64,000 nucleotides of DNA from contig CAVWHX010000003.1 in assembly GCA_963754925.1 (NCBI GenBank), positions 640,001 through 704,000 on the forward strand. The letters are read 5' to 3'. Source of the stretch: an uncultured delta proteobacterium (GTDB lineage Bacteria > Myxococcota > B64-G9). A model generated the notes under the pieces. It saw only the letters and a program-made list of their open reading frames with translations, had not been told where the DNA came from and did not search any database. The stretch's first letter is position 1, and each line of letters opens with the position of its first letter. Position numbers and translations under genes: made by a program. This document shows, piece after piece, positions 38,658 through 50,575 of this stretch.

Positions 38658-40145
38658 CTATTTCTTGTCCAATTTTCCGACCAACGATAGCGTGAACGAG
38701 GCGCCCATGTATTTAAAGTGCGGCCTGACCTTCAACGAGACACTGTACCAACCGGGCTCGCCTTCGACATCCCGCACCTCAACCGATGCCTCGCGCAAAG
38801 GTCGTTTGCTTCGCACCGCCGAAGTTGGATTCTCCTGGGCGGCGACATACTGTCCGACCCATTTGTTCAGCTCGTCTTCGAGATCGACGCGTTCTTTCCA
38901 GGTGCCAATGTTCTCCCGCTGAATGACCTTGATGTAGTGTGCGAGCCTATTGATAATCATCATGTAGGGCAACTGCAGCCCGAGTTTGTAATTGAGCTCG
39001 GCTTCCTTTCCCTCTTTGGAGGTGCCGAAGAATTTCGGCTTCTGGCACGAGTTCGCCGAGAAAAACGCCGCATTGTCGCTGCCCTTGCGCATGGTGAGCG
39101 CAATAAATCCTTCTTCGGCCAGTTCGTATTCTTTTCGCTCTGATATCAACACCTGGGTTGGGATCTTATTTTGCACCGACCCCATGGATTCATACAGGTA
39201 CAGCGGCATGTCTTCCACCGCCCCGCCGCCTTGCGGTCCGATCACGTTCGCACACCAGCGGTACTTAGCAAAGGCGTCCGTGAGCCGGGTCGCAAATGCA
39301 AACGCGGTGTTGCCCCAACAAAAGTCTTTCTCTCTGGCGCCGACCGACTCTTTATAGGCAAACGACTTCACCGGGACGGTGTCCGGACCATACGGCAATC
39401 GCAGCAAGAACTTCGGCATGGTCAATCCCACGTAGCGAGCATCCTCGGACTCGCGAAACGATTGCCACTTCGCATACCGCGGTCCCTCAAGTATGGCCTT
39501 GATGTCTTTCAGCCCCGCGAATTCCTCGAATGAATCTAGCCCGAAGAAGTCCGGGCTGGCCGCCGCGATAAAGGGCGCGTGCGCCATAGCCGCAACACTG
39601 GCGACAAAACCCAGAAGCTTCATGTCCGGCGCCCCGGGGCCAAATTCATAGTTGCCAACCATGGCTCCAAACGGTTGACCGCCGAACTGCCCATACTCCG
39701 CCGTATAGGCATGCCGGTACAATCCGCTCTGAACAATCTCCGGAGCATCCTCAAAATCACTGAGTAAATCCTGCTTGCTGACATTGACGATCGATATCTT
39801 GATGTTTTCCCTGAAATCGGTCTTGTCAACCAGGTACTTGAGCGACCGCCAGGAAGATTCGAGCTTTTGAAATTGCTCGTTGTGCAACACCTCGCTCAGT
39901 TGTGACCCGATTTTTTGGTCCAACTCGGCGATCATCAGATCGACTTCGCCCGCGGTTACCTTCCGACCCGCCTTTTCGGGTTTCAACATCTCATCCAAAA
40001 AGGCCTGCATGCCGGCCCGCGCCATTCCATAGACCCCATCGTCGGGCTTGATCCTGGTCGCCTCCATTATTTCTTCCAAAATCCCCTTCCCCCCTTCGGT
40101 GACAGCTACCGCCCCTTGTTCTTTTTCTTTCTCGGCTTCTGCCAT
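38658..40145 (-). CDS. tssC: T6SS sheath large subunit TssC
   Basis: FQKLESSWR, EYGQFGGQP, FLLRLPYG, RLAHYIKV, RPHFKY. Confidence 0.96.
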   Translation of the reverse strand: MAEAEKEKEQGAVAVTEGGKGILEEIMEATRIKPDDGVYGMARAGMQAFLDEMLKPEKAGRKVTAGEVDLMIAELDQKIGSQLSEVLHNEQFQKLESSWRSLKYLVDKTDFRENIKISIVNVSKQDLLSDFEDAPEIVQSGLYRHAYTAEYGQFGGQPFGAMVGNYEFGPGAPDMKLLGFVASVAAMAHAPFIAAASPDFFGLDSFEEFAGLKDIKAILEGPRYAKWQSFRESEDARYVGLTMPKFLLRLPYGPDTVPVKSFAYKESVGAREKDFCWGNTAFAFATRLTDAFAKYRWCANVIGPQGGGAVEDMPLYLYESMGSVQNKIPTQVLISERKEYELAEEGFIALTMRKGSDNAAFFSANSCQKPKFFGTSKEGKEAELNYKLGLQLPYMMIINRLAHYIKVIQRENIGTWKERVDLEDELNKWVGQYVAAQENPTSAVRSKRPLREASVEVRDVEGEPGWYSVSLKVRPHFKYMGASFTLSLVGKLDKK

Positions 40146-40179
40146 GATAGCCTCCTAAAATTAGCTCAATCGATAGCGA

Positions 40180-40668
40180 TTATTTGCCTTCCTTATCCAA
40201 CCCGAGCTCCTTGAGGAGTTTCTCCCTGATGGACGTATCCGTCACCAACTCCTGCAGCTTCTTTCTAAATGCCGGTACGTTGCCCAAGGGGCCCTTCAAG
40301 GCTTTCAAGGCATCACGCAGTTCCATGAGTTTACCAAGCTCAGGTATCTGCCGCACAATCTGGTCCGGTTCAAAGTCCTTGAGGTGTGAAAACTTAAGCT
40401 TCAAGCCGAGTTCGGGATCTCCGCCCAGCTTGTTGGGAACCGAAAATTCCAGCTTCAACTTCTGGGCTTTCAATACCTCTTGGAAGTTGTCCTTATCAAC
40501 GCCGATCGGCTCGCGCTCTTCCAATGGCCTATCGTCCTGCGCTTGGGTAAAATCACCTAACACCAGCATTCGAAATGGCAGCTCCACTTCCTGCTGGGCG
40601 CCTCCTGTCGCGGGCCGGTACACAATGTTCACCCGTTCCTTCGGTGCCACGGATCCTTCTTTAGCCAT
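40180..40668 (-). CDS. tssB: T6SS sheath small subunit TssB
   Basis: SVAPKERVNIVY, ELPF, LKDFEPD, LRDALKALKGPLGN. Confidence 0.96.
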   Translation of the reverse strand: MAKEGSVAPKERVNIVYRPATGGAQQEVELPFRMLVLGDFTQAQDDRPLEEREPIGVDKDNFQEVLKAQKLKLEFSVPNKLGGDPELGLKLKFSHLKDFEPDQIVRQIPELGKLMELRDALKALKGPLGNVPAFRKKLQELVTDTSIREKLLKELGLDKEGK

Positions 40669-40765
40669 TGGTAGTTCCTCCTCTTTAGATAAACTTTCTG
40701 TTAGCGATTTTCATTTTTATGTACGTATATAATAACGGCTTGATCCAGTCATAAGCCATTTTTTA

Positions 40766-43700
40766 TCACCTTACCACAATAAGTTCGGGAACCCGCACCG
40801 GTTCATTCTTCACAATCCGCAAAAACTCAAGGGTGTCGAAAACATATTGAATTTTGATCTCACGCACATTCAGGTGCCTGAGATAACTGCTGTTCTCCGG
40901 AAAATCGCTGGCGGTAAACACCCGGGGGCCCCGGCTAAACTCGCCTCCAAATTGTTGAAATCCGCTCGGCCCGATATAGCGTTTGGAAAGCGGCTTGGGA
41001 TTGTCTTTGAAATACACGCTGAGAATCACATCGCCGCATACGTCGGGTTTCCAGGTGAATTGCTTCGAGACCCGGTACTGTAAGTTATCGAGACTTTGCT
41101 TGTCTCTATCACATTCAAGAACCAACACGGTTTCAAAAGGCTGCAGCGTGGCGTCTTTATTTGCCGTTGTCGGCAGCGCCTCGATCTTGACCACATACTC
41201 GGGTTTCGGCTCAGGTCCCTCGATATAGCGCCGGTTGATAAAGTCTAAAAACTGCTTCTGAAAAGGAAAGCGCTGGTTGAGAAACGCATTGGGGAAGTAA
41301 CCTTGCGGCCCCTTGCCGATAAAGGGAGCGGCCGGCCCCAGAACAAATTTCCATACAACGCCACTGATGGGATCGAGCAGGAACTTTCGCCTTTCCCGTT
41401 CGGGAACCGTTTGCACCTCCGCCAAAACGATAGCCTCCCATTTGGTCTGGAGTTCGTTGAGCACATCCTGCAGCGCAAATGACAAAACAAAATCCAGCGG
41501 TCCATACAACAGCTTCAGGTAGAGGTTGTCTTTGGAAGCGCTGGGGAAGACCCGCCGGTACCCCGACCATGCATTAAAGGCCGTTTGAATGGGCGACGTG
41601 GCGCTGTCGGTGAGGAGCTGCGTGTACATCTTCATGGCAGACTCAGACGAGGTGGTTACGGGCACCAATCCTTCAAGGGTTTTTCGGTATATTTTGTACC
41701 GGTCCGCCTCTTCAGCAATCTGCTCAAGCTGTGATACCGAATCCCCTTCGTTTTTAGGACGAAGTTTGTTGATGCCCGTCTTTATGGTATTGAGCGCTCC
41801 CTCAAGTTTATCGGCGCCCTCGGGCTTATCCGCCCATTTTTTCACGCTGGCATAATTCAATACCTGGGTAACCCATTCAGGCGGATTCGGAACGTTGTCT
41901 TTGAGAAAACCCAACTCGTCGTTCATTCTATCCAACAACTTAAAGTATGGATTGGGGTTCTTGGTGTCAGTCATCGCCTGGGCGGCTTGGCGTCGATCGT
42001 CCGGATCCGGGATTTTGATGTTCGCGGGCTCAAAACTCTCGGCGAATTGCTGCCAAGCCCTGATGTATTCGCTGTAGTATCTGTTTTCAAACGCTATCTT
42101 GCGATCGTTAATACTGTCGTCGGCAACGGCTTCCTCATACTGCTTGAGAAACCCCTGTATTTGTTTCCAGCCTTCTTTCGTAAAGGCGGGTGGCACTTCT
42201 TTGGCCTCGGACTGGACTTGTTGCGTCCAGAAATCGCCCAAGCGAACCGGTTTTATCTTTTGCAGATTGGCCCACTTGATCAGCCAAAAAAGATCCGTGC
42301 CTTTGCCGAGCGCGAGGTGTTTCAACGCATCCTTGAGGCGTGTACGCTCTTGCTCCAATAACTGCTTGTTCTGATTCCAGCGCAGGTACGTCAGGTAGAC
42401 CGGGAGAATATTCTTTCCCGCCAGATCTGGCACGAGGTTGGTGTCGACGCCAGACAAGACGGAAAAGAGCGTCGGCGGTATTTTTTCCTCGTCGCGCACT
42501 CCCTCACCGGCGATCATCTCTGATAGTATCGAGATACGGTTGCCGATGTGATCAACATAGGCGACAACCGTTTCTTCAGGCGTGTTTCGGGAAAAACCGC
42601 TGATGGTGTCCGCAATGGATTGATCCAAGCGATCGATCAAACCCTTGCGAACGACATCGCAATACTCTTTCTTAACGACCTTCCTCCATCCTAAGGCTCG
42701 CATCCAAACCCATGCGCGGAATAAACCACCCTTCGTTGAGGAACTGCAGCTCAATAATTTTTTTTCGATAGAGCCCGAGTAAGAGAACATCCTTGGTTAT
42801 TTCATTTGCCAATTTTGGCGATTGAGAAAAACCGGCCCTGAAGGTGCTAATAGTCGATACATTTTTTATAAACGAGAGAGTTAGAAATCCGGTGAGGAAC
42901 AAAAACACGGTCAGCCATGCCAGCAAGCCAAGGGTTCTCACCATTTTACGCCAACGGATAAACTCGGACGTCGGCGCTATCAAGTTGCGCGCTTCAGGAA
43001 GGATCTTGCGAAAAAAGTCTTTGAGGAAAATGCCCTTGAACGTCGGCGGACCCTTGTCCAGGGCGGACTGAAACGCGGCCAGCGAGCCGGGCAACGAACG
43101 AGCCCCGGATTCCTGCCGCGCCGAACAAAAGTAAATTCCCCGAAGCAGGGGCGGTTCTTGATAGGGATTCCGTTCGAAGATCGTTTCGACAAAGCGCGAC
43201 AACGTGGGTTTGAGTTTGACGATCTCATCCGGAAAGATCAACGCATCGGGATCCCCAGGCGGCTTTTTTTGCACGAGCAGCGTTCTTAATTCCTTGAGCC
43301 GCTCAGACACATAGGTAATGGTGTCTTCGACGTACTTGGTCGGCCTGGCGCTCGCCGATTGGGTCGAGCGACCCATGGCTTGATCCAGAATTTCATCGGG
43401 CAGAAGCTCACAGAACGATCCCATGCCGGGAATCTGATCTATCTTGGTGACCATGATAAAGACCGGAAACCGAGCGCCAAAAGCGCGCATGAGCTCGTCG
43501 ATGCGCCGCCGAATAAGCCGGCCGTGATCGGCCAGAACATCAGGATCGCTTGCGAGCAGCTTGTCCGCTCCCACACTCACCATGACCCCGTTTATCGGCT
43601 CTTTTTTTCGATACCGGGCAAGCAGCATCAAAAACTGGTGCCATTCGGCCTTGTCTTGGAGTTCGTCGATGGGAATGGTATAGCGACCCGTTGAATCAAG

Positions 43701-44198
43701 AACTATTACTTTTTCGAAAAACCACCAATCGCAGTTTTTGGTTCCGGCGCCGCCCGATTGACTGACGTCGATAAGCGCCGAATGAAGCCGAGTGCCCTTA
43801 ATGGCCGCGGTCTTTCCTGAACCGGCCTCCCCCATAATGAGGTACCACGGCAGCACGTACAACGGCTGACCCTGCTTTTTGAGCTGAGACCGACGGAGCG
43901 CATCGATGGCTTCTTTCCAGCGTTCATCGAGCAACTGCAGATTGCGCGTATCGGCACCGGAGACGCTCGCCATGGACGCGCTGTCGTCCGCGGTCACCCG
44001 TTTGACAAAGTTCTTCTCGCTTTTCCGAAAAAGCCACTTTTTGATAACAATCGCGCCGAGAACAATCCCGACCATGCCAAGACCGATTGCCAAGCCTGCC
44101 CACCAGGGCCAATTCATAACAAACGCTAGAACGACAATTCCCGCCACAACCGCTATGGCCAATGCCGCCAACAGAACAATCTTAACCATCTTACTCAT
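40766..44198 (-). CDS. tssM: T6SS membrane complex TssM/IcmF, frameshifted near 42680
   Basis: TMs, LYVLPWYLIMGEAGSGKT, CDWWFF, DSTGRY, LRGIYF; removing one G at gaa-ggt-cgt-taa joins the 674-aa C-terminal ORF. Confidence 0.88.
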
Positions 44199-44228
44199 GT
44201 GCCTACCCGAGCTGCTATAAAGAACCAG

Positions 44229-45422
44229 TTACTGCGTTGAGGAGAAAAAGTCGATAATGGTTTTATTCAACACCGATCGATAAATCCAAAACAGCACTAT
44301 CAATACGACGGGCGCGGCGACCGCTAAGAGGATATTCAACGTCGAAAGCTCTTTCCAAGATTTCCGGGTGTTCTTTTTTCGAGTATCAACCGCTTGACGC
44401 GGCGGAACATACTTGGGTTTGATGGGGGGTCGCGGCGGCGGCGCGGCATCCGCCGCCGGCATCACCACGGTCTTGTCGCCGGGAATACCCGAAGCGCCCA
44501 TTGAAAATGCCGAAGGAAGGGTAAAGGTAATGGTTGCTTTGCCGATGCGTATACGGTCTCCATTGGACAAGAGCGACTCGGAAATACGCTGGTCGTTGAC
44601 GAAGGTGCCGTTACCCGAATCCTGGTCGATGACATACCAGTTTTGGTTGCGGCGTTCGACTCTGGAATGGGATCGCGAAACCAGCGGATCCGCCACCACG
44701 ATGCTACAATCCAACGACCGACCGATGACCAACGAATCGCGAATCACCTCCACCGTTGAGCTTCCCGCCTCAGTCTCTACCTGCAATACCGGCGCCGAGC
44801 CGGATGCGGTTGACAGCTGGTAGCTCGACGTGGCCTGAACGCGGGAATCAGGTTCGAAGCCCGCATCTGCCTCGATGCGAACCAGACTCCTCACCCGTTG
44901 CAACCGGATAGGCGTGAGGAAAAGAGAGCCTTACCTAAAAACTTGGCCTCATCCATGTCACCTAAAAGCTGTTTTGAGTTTTTCGCTTTAAATTCCACCA
45001 AACGGCTTTCGCCATCGGACCCTAAAAAACGGCCCGGCAAAACCTAAGGACAGACAGTACGTAAATACCTCCCGAACTTCCCGTTGCTGGGGTCCCAGAC
45101 TGCCGAGCCGCGAGACAAATTCCTCGCCGGCGTTGGCGGTCTTGTAGAGCCGCCGCTGCAGCGGCTCTTTGAGCCATTGATTGCGGCCCTCCCAGGTTGA
45201 ACTTAAAATCTTCTCATCAACCCACGCACAGAGCGCAAAAATGGCATGATCGATATCGTCGTCGGAATAATTACGATCTATCTTCATTTCCTCGGCTCGC
45301 CCAAGCATTGTATCGATTTCTTGTCTAACCTTTGCGAAGGGGGGATCGCCGAGGTTATCCCGCGGCTTCGTCAGGTAGGTCACATAGGCGAAGATCTCTA
45401 TGAAGCAGTCTACCATGCGCAT
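44229..45422 (-). CDS. tssL: TssL/DotU, probably fused to an FHA domain and C-terminal TM (three apparent frameshifts in 44880-45035)
   Basis: FALCAWVDE, PLQ..NAGEEF, CLSLGF; downstream ORF carries a canonical FHA (GRS..SRSH..DSGNGT) and terminal TM. Confidence 0.7.
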
Positions 45423-45427
45423 TGCAG

Positions 45428-46789
45428 CTACTCCTCGAGCACAAAGATCTCCAACTTCACATCTTTCGGGGCGGTATCCCAATATAACGCGAGGGCCTCG
45501 GACTCAATCACGTCCTGCCAGAGCCGACTTCGCGTATCAATTTGGAAATAGTGGGTGTTCGGGCGTTGGGGTAAGCCGGATGGATAGCCGGGAGAATGTA
45601 TGAGCGGTATGCCGGTAATCGCCCGGGCGATCAGGGTGGGAAGATTCTTGGCGGTCCCCAACTTGGCCACCTGGCGCATGCCGCCGACGGCCGTCTTGGG
45701 ATCGGCGCTGGTCTGCATGGCAACCCAGAACTTGTTATGCCGGTCAAAGGCATCGCGCGGCATGGCGGTCGAGAAGTAGGTGCCGTCGTACTTCAAGCGG
45801 ATGACATGCGCCGGTCCGGCGATGATGGCGTCCAATAATTCACCAATCATGTCATGGACGTTTTTGAAGCATACACCCAGGTTGAGATGATCGTACGGTC
45901 CGACAACCAGGGTTCCATCGCTCCGTTCGCCGATGGCATGATATAATGCTGAAAACGTCGACAGCTCACCTGCCAACTGCCGCAACTGGGCATAGGCCCA
46001 CCAGGGACTCACCTGTTTGGTCTCGCTCATCTGAGAAAGCATCGGCACCTGGCGATTGAGAACATACAGCGCCAGCATCATGGTTTGCACTTCTTTGGGA
46101 TCCTTGTACTCTTCAAGCTGCTGACAGCGCGAAGCCACCTGATCGCGCACCTCTCGAAGCATCCTCGTCAAGACCTCGGATGAGCCGACGGTCAACGAGG
46201 GCGGAATGTAGATCTTCGATAGCGCGATCTCCTCGTTGTTCCGTTCGAGTTGGGCCACCGGGATAAAGGAGTAGTTATCCAGTTTCTCCTGCTCGGTGTC
46301 CCAAAAAATTCTCACCGCTTGGGTGAGCCGCTTGACCTTCGCCGGCGGACCCCCCGAATGAAGATCCACCACATCCTCGGGATCGGCGGTGGTCGCAAAA
46401 CGGGTGTTGACGCTGGCAATCTCATCTTCAGAGGAGACAACCGTGACGTTTTCGCCGGCCTCGTTCCACTTGCGCACCCCCAGGTAAACCATGAATGGTT
46501 TGTCGCCTTCAACCCAGGCATCCTGAAACGATCGCGGCTTGATCACGGTATTGCCCGGCACGACCGCATAGGTCCCATCGGGAAATAGAAATTCTCCTCC
46601 CAAAACCTCAAATTGCCGTGTCCCCAGGGCAGTCTCTTGAATGCGAATATCCCCTACTCCCCAAAAGAACGGATTGCCGTAATCCTGGAATGGTTGCAGC
46701 AGAGAGCCATAAAAGGTGTCGAGGATCTGAAAATGCTGGGGCTGAAGGAATAAGCCTTGGTGCCAAAAGACAGGTTTGATCGCCTTCAC
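45428..46789 (-). CDS. tssK: T6SS baseplate TssK
   Basis: VFWHQGLFLQPQHFQ, FPDGT, YIPP, YDHLNL. Confidence 0.93.
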   Translation of the reverse strand: MKAIKPVFWHQGLFLQPQHFQILDTFYGSLLQPFQDYGNPFFWGVGDIRIQETALGTRQFEVLGGEFLFPDGTYAVVPGNTVIKPRSFQDAWVEGDKPFMVYLGVRKWNEAGENVTVVSSEDEIASVNTRFATTADPEDVVDLHSGGPPAKVKRLTQAVRIFWDTEQEKLDNYSFIPVAQLERNNEEIALSKIYIPPSLTVGSSEVLTRMLREVRDQVASRCQQLEEYKDPKEVQTMMLALYVLNRQVPMLSQMSETKQVSPWWAYAQLRQLAGELSTFSALYHAIGERSDGTLVVGPYDHLNLGVCFKNVHDMIGELLDAIIAGPAHVIRLKYDGTYFSTAMPRDAFDRHNKFWVAMQTSADPKTAVGGMRQVAKLGTAKNLPTLIARAITGIPLIHSPGYPSGLPQRPNTHYFQIDTRSRLWQDVIESEALALYWDTAPKDVKLEIFVLEE

Positions 46790-46810
46790 TGAATCACCTT
46801 CCTGGTAGAA

Positions 46811-47385
46811 TTATTCTTGGGGTTCTTCGCGGATGCCTTTTGGATTGAGCATCAAAGAAACCCGTAGTTTAGCGGGCCAGCGATACTTTTCCTTCCATCC
46901 CGCAAAACCTTCTCGATAGACGGTGACGGGGATTTTGTATAATTTATATGATTTCCCTGGTATCGGGTCATAGTACCCTGCCACCAACCCCACCACCAAT
47001 GTCCCTTTTTCCCGGTCGATCACAATCGATGTTACTTCACCAGGATTCACAATGGCCCGCTGGTAGGTCATCACCGAATCACCGAAGGAATTGCACGACA
47101 TCAACCGGGAAGTCCCTCATCGTTTTTCACCATTTCCTTGAACACATCCGGAACACTCAGTTGATAGACGCAGAGAACCAAGGTGTGCGGCTCGCCATTA
47201 TACTGATTCAGCATGGAATCAGCTTTGATATTGAGGACAATCGCCTCCGGTTCGGCCGGCGGTTCTTGGAGTACATTTTTGGGCACACTGGAACAGCCGA
47301 AAAGCAGTGACATCAGAGTGCATACCGTCAGGGCCGGAATCATTGCTTTCCCTCGAAAAGGTGTCATTCTAAACTCCTTGTCCAC
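46811..47385 (-). CDS. tssJ: T6SS lipoprotein TssJ, frameshifted near 47105
   Basis: Lipobox LLFGC; LNQYNGEPHTLVLCVYQL; second frame NPGE..DREKGT..VGLVAGY. Confidence 0.8.
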
Positions 47386-47579
47386 CCAGTTTAGGTTTGT
47401 TTTCTTTCTATGTTGCGACTAAACGGGTTCCTCGTAAAATGCAAAGGTACATTTTTGTCCAGAGAAAAAACACAATTATCCAACGAGGTAGGTATATGTC
47501 ATATGATGAGAAATGTCAAACGATTCACCATCTGACGGAGTGGCTTTAAAACTCCCTCCAACTTCAAGGGTCCACCGCT

Positions 47580-47897
47580 TCAGGTGCCCGTAAGGGTTCG
47601 CCTTCGATACAAGAGCAATCGACCGGACTGCAGGGCTGATTCAATCCGGGAGATTACTATTTGAATCTCGTTGGTCGAAGGGGCATGGAGCATCGTGCCG
47701 CCGAGCGCCTGAATGTAGATATCCATGAGGGTTTGAACCTGGGGCCTTCCCGTCGATAGTACTTTTTGCAGAGAAGTCGGGGCCGCGACCGGTTCCAATC
47801 CACTGGGGACAGCTTGACCTTGCAAGTCTACGCTAGGAACGACAACGAATTCGCCGATATCACCGTAGAGAATCCACCGTCTAAAATGTGCTGACAT
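47580..47897 (-). CDS. Small hypothetical protein
   Basis: 105-aa ORF with GGGGAG RBS, co-oriented with the T6SS genes. Confidence 0.45.
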   Translation of the reverse strand: MSAHFRRWILYGDIGEFVVVPSVDLQGQAVPSGLEPVAAPTSLQKVLSTGRPQVQTLMDIYIQALGGTMLHAPSTNEIQIVISRIESALQSGRLLLYRRRTLTGT

Positions 47898-48459
47898 GCA
47901 GCTCCCCTATATTCCATCCAACGTGTACCCCCTCAAAAGGACAACGCATCCCTATTGATCTTGCCCTTCGCCTGGTGATCACTATCCGCCTTAATGCTCT
48001 TTGAGTTTCCCGTCCACCTCTAACGTATACGTCGCATTCGACAAGTATTTTGTTAATAGAATAGTTATCAATCATTAAGTTCTTTGCATAACACCAAAAC
48101 CACCAAATTTACTGTTGATAAAATACCTTTTTCGAATGAATCCGTATCTTCTAATCTAATAATATTGATATCAGAATTCGGCAATCCCATTCCTCCAACT
48201 TTAGATTCAACAACACCGACCGTTTTTATTTTTGAGTTAGATATAATAATATCATTCGCCTGTAGAGACTCAAATGTTCAAAACAGCACTTCGCTCAAAT
48301 CAACTGAATTAACTGATTCATAACATGCGACAAAAAGAAAAAGGCGGGACGGAGGTTCAACAACAAAACAAGCGGCAAGACTTTCAACTCATCAAAATAT
48401 CATCACCGATACTATCCACCTCCGTCCCGGTGAAACCCTAACAGCCTCTGAGCAGCGTC

Positions 48460-48945
48460 TTAGACGCGGGACTGCCAATCGTCGGAAGCTTGCGTCTTGG
48501 CGGTCACATTGATCCAATCGATCTTCTGATAGGCAAAGGCCACTTCTTCCATGTCATAGAGCGGCTTGTTAACATCCAGAAGCGTCAGCGGCTTGGTGTG
48601 GCGAATGTGCACAATCTGCGCATTCTCCAGTTTGACGGTAAAATACGTCTCCTCAAGCCCCTTCTCGTTGATGCGGTGATAGTCCAACTGAACCGTCTTC
48701 AACCGCTCGCCGGTGGTGCATGCCTGATACAGCTGCGGCGAGGACTTGTCCACCCCCTTGGTGACAATAAAGGGATGGTGCAATCGACGGCCCGTGCGCT
48801 CGCCCGAGGCCTTGTCAAACGGCACCTCGATCTTGTGATCCACGCCATAGCAATGGATCCAATTCTCGTGCCCCTTCTGCCCGCAATCGCCAGCGATGTT
48901 TCCCTGCTTCTCACCTTCCAGTTTCAAATACCCTGTTAATGCCAT
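48460..48945 (-). CDS. hcp: Hcp/TssD tube protein
   Basis: EGEKQGNI, TGRRLHHPFIVTKGVDKSSP, YFTVKLENA, YQKIDW. Confidence 0.95.
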   Translation of the reverse strand: MALTGYLKLEGEKQGNIAGDCGQKGHENWIHCYGVDHKIEVPFDKASGERTGRRLHHPFIVTKGVDKSSPQLYQACTTGERLKTVQLDYHRINEKGLEETYFTVKLENAQIVHIRHTKPLTLLDVNKPLYDMEEVAFAYQKIDWINVTAKTQASDDWQSRV

Positions 48946-49003
48946 GACTGCTACTCCTTTCCGTTCACACCGTTAAAAAGTTATATACACCGAACGACAA
49001 CAC

Positions 49004-50575
49004 TCAACTCTTGTATATTGATAACGCTAATAACGGACTAATACGGGCGATGCGATCCAGGGTTTTGGCCGCCACTGCCTGCGATTGATCCTGCTTATCG
49101 TTGTTGAAACCCTGGTATACAATCTTCAAGACCGAGAGCGCCAAATCCGGATCCCATTCTTCGAGCGCATAGCGATCAAGTTGGTCGAGCAGCTCGCGCG
49201 CATGGAGCTGCGCAAGCTCTGGCTGGCCAATCGTGATAAAAAGCTGCGCCAATGCCATGCGCCACCGGAGGCGCACCTGGCCGGAGCTCGCCCGGGTGAG
49301 CGGGTCCTGGAGCAGCATCACCGCTTCGTTAAATTTCTTTCCCCGCGCCAAAAGCATTGCCTTTTCTAATGCAGCCGCCACCTCCGCAACCACCTCTGCG
49401 GAAGACGATCCCGGCGCCAGGACAACCTGTTCTGGCGCGCCTTCACCTTTCATCAACGTATTGATCCAAGAACGCGTTTCACTATCGGCAAACGGGGTTC
49501 CATCCGAGAACGTAAGTTTCTCAATCCCCACGAGTCGTCTCACAAACAAAGAAGTCTGTTGAGCAACGGCCTGTTGAGCGGCTTGATATTCGCCACCCAT
49601 GCGTCCCAACGTCTCGGCTGTCCAACGGCTGGGATCTATCCAAAAAAGATATTGTTGCACTTTTGCTTCTGACTCGATGATGACGGTCTTGTATTCCTTG
49701 TTGGCAATTAAAGCTTCGATCACCTGCCGAACATTAGACGCAGGCGGAGGGACAGGCGTCTTCTGCCCTTCAGCCATGGGCAGGCGGTCAACGGTGAACC
49801 AATTTGCGATGCGAAGGAGGTGATACGGCAATGGGTTCGCAATATCTTTTTGAAGCAATACATCCGCTGCACTGAGCAGCTGCTTCATACCAAACTCAAC
49901 CAGCTCGTTGGGGTCCTTGGGAATTTGAGCGACTGAAACCGCCGTCGAGGCCGAGGATGGCTTCTGCGCTCCCGCGGTAGACATCGATTGAGTCACATCG
50001 GCCGCTGACCCCGATTGCGACGACATTGGCGCTGCAGCTTCACTGGCAACCGGCCAAAGATTCACCATCTCCATAACCCGAGAGATTTTGGGTGCATCTT
50101 CTGTCTTTTCAACGAGAACCGAGTCGAGCTTCTCGAGGGCCGAGCGCAAATCAGTCAAGGTTTGTTCTTTTAGTGAATCAGGGGTCTTTGTTCCAAAACG
50201 ATTATCGACTCGTTTCATCCACCATTCAAAAGCATTGAGCCTTCCGCGTAATCGAGGGGGGAAAAGCGTATCCCAAAAGTTGGTCACGAGGTCGGTTAAT
50301 ATCTTTATCCCCGTTGAAAAACCCTCAACCCCATTTTTTTCCATCAGGCCCGCAGCCAAGTAAGAACCAACGATGATATCTTTAGATTTTTCTGAAAGGA
50401 TTAAGGTTCCCAATTTAATTACATTATCCCAGTCTATACTGCCTTTTGTCGCCGACGGGATAGAGAGCTTGTCAATCTCTGCTTGGATCTGCTCGTATTC
50501 TTTCTCATACCGAGCCTCTGCGCCGGCTGGATGCTCTTGACTGATAGGTTGTATTCCGAGCTCGAGAAGTTCCAT
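49004..50575 (-). CDS. tssA: T6SS TssA (ImpA_N plus VasJ-like C-terminus)
   Basis: PIS..PAG..RY, IDW, KSKD, FWDTLFP, FWID, LTFSDGTPFAD, LEEWDP. Confidence 0.9.
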   Translation of the reverse strand: MELLELGIQPISQEHPAGAEARYEKEYEQIQAEIDKLSIPSATKGSIDWDNVIKLGTLILSEKSKDIIVGSYLAAGLMEKNGVEGFSTGIKILTDLVTNFWDTLFPPRLRGRLNAFEWWMKRVDNRFGTKTPDSLKEQTLTDLRSALEKLDSVLVEKTEDAPKISRVMEMVNLWPVASEAAAPMSSQSGSAADVTQSMSTAGAQKPSSASTAVSVAQIPKDPNELVEFGMKQLLSAADVLLQKDIANPLPYHLLRIANWFTVDRLPMAEGQKTPVPPPASNVRQVIEALIANKEYKTVIIESEAKVQQYLFWIDPSRWTAETLGRMGGEYQAAQQAVAQQTSLFVRRLVGIEKLTFSDGTPFADSETRSWINTLMKGEGAPEQVVLAPGSSSAEVVAEVAAALEKAMLLARGKKFNEAVMLLQDPLTRASSGQVRLRWRMALAQLFITIGQPELAQLHARELLDQLDRYALEEWDPDLALSVLKIVYQGFNNDKQDQSQAVAAKTLDRIARISPLLALSIYKS

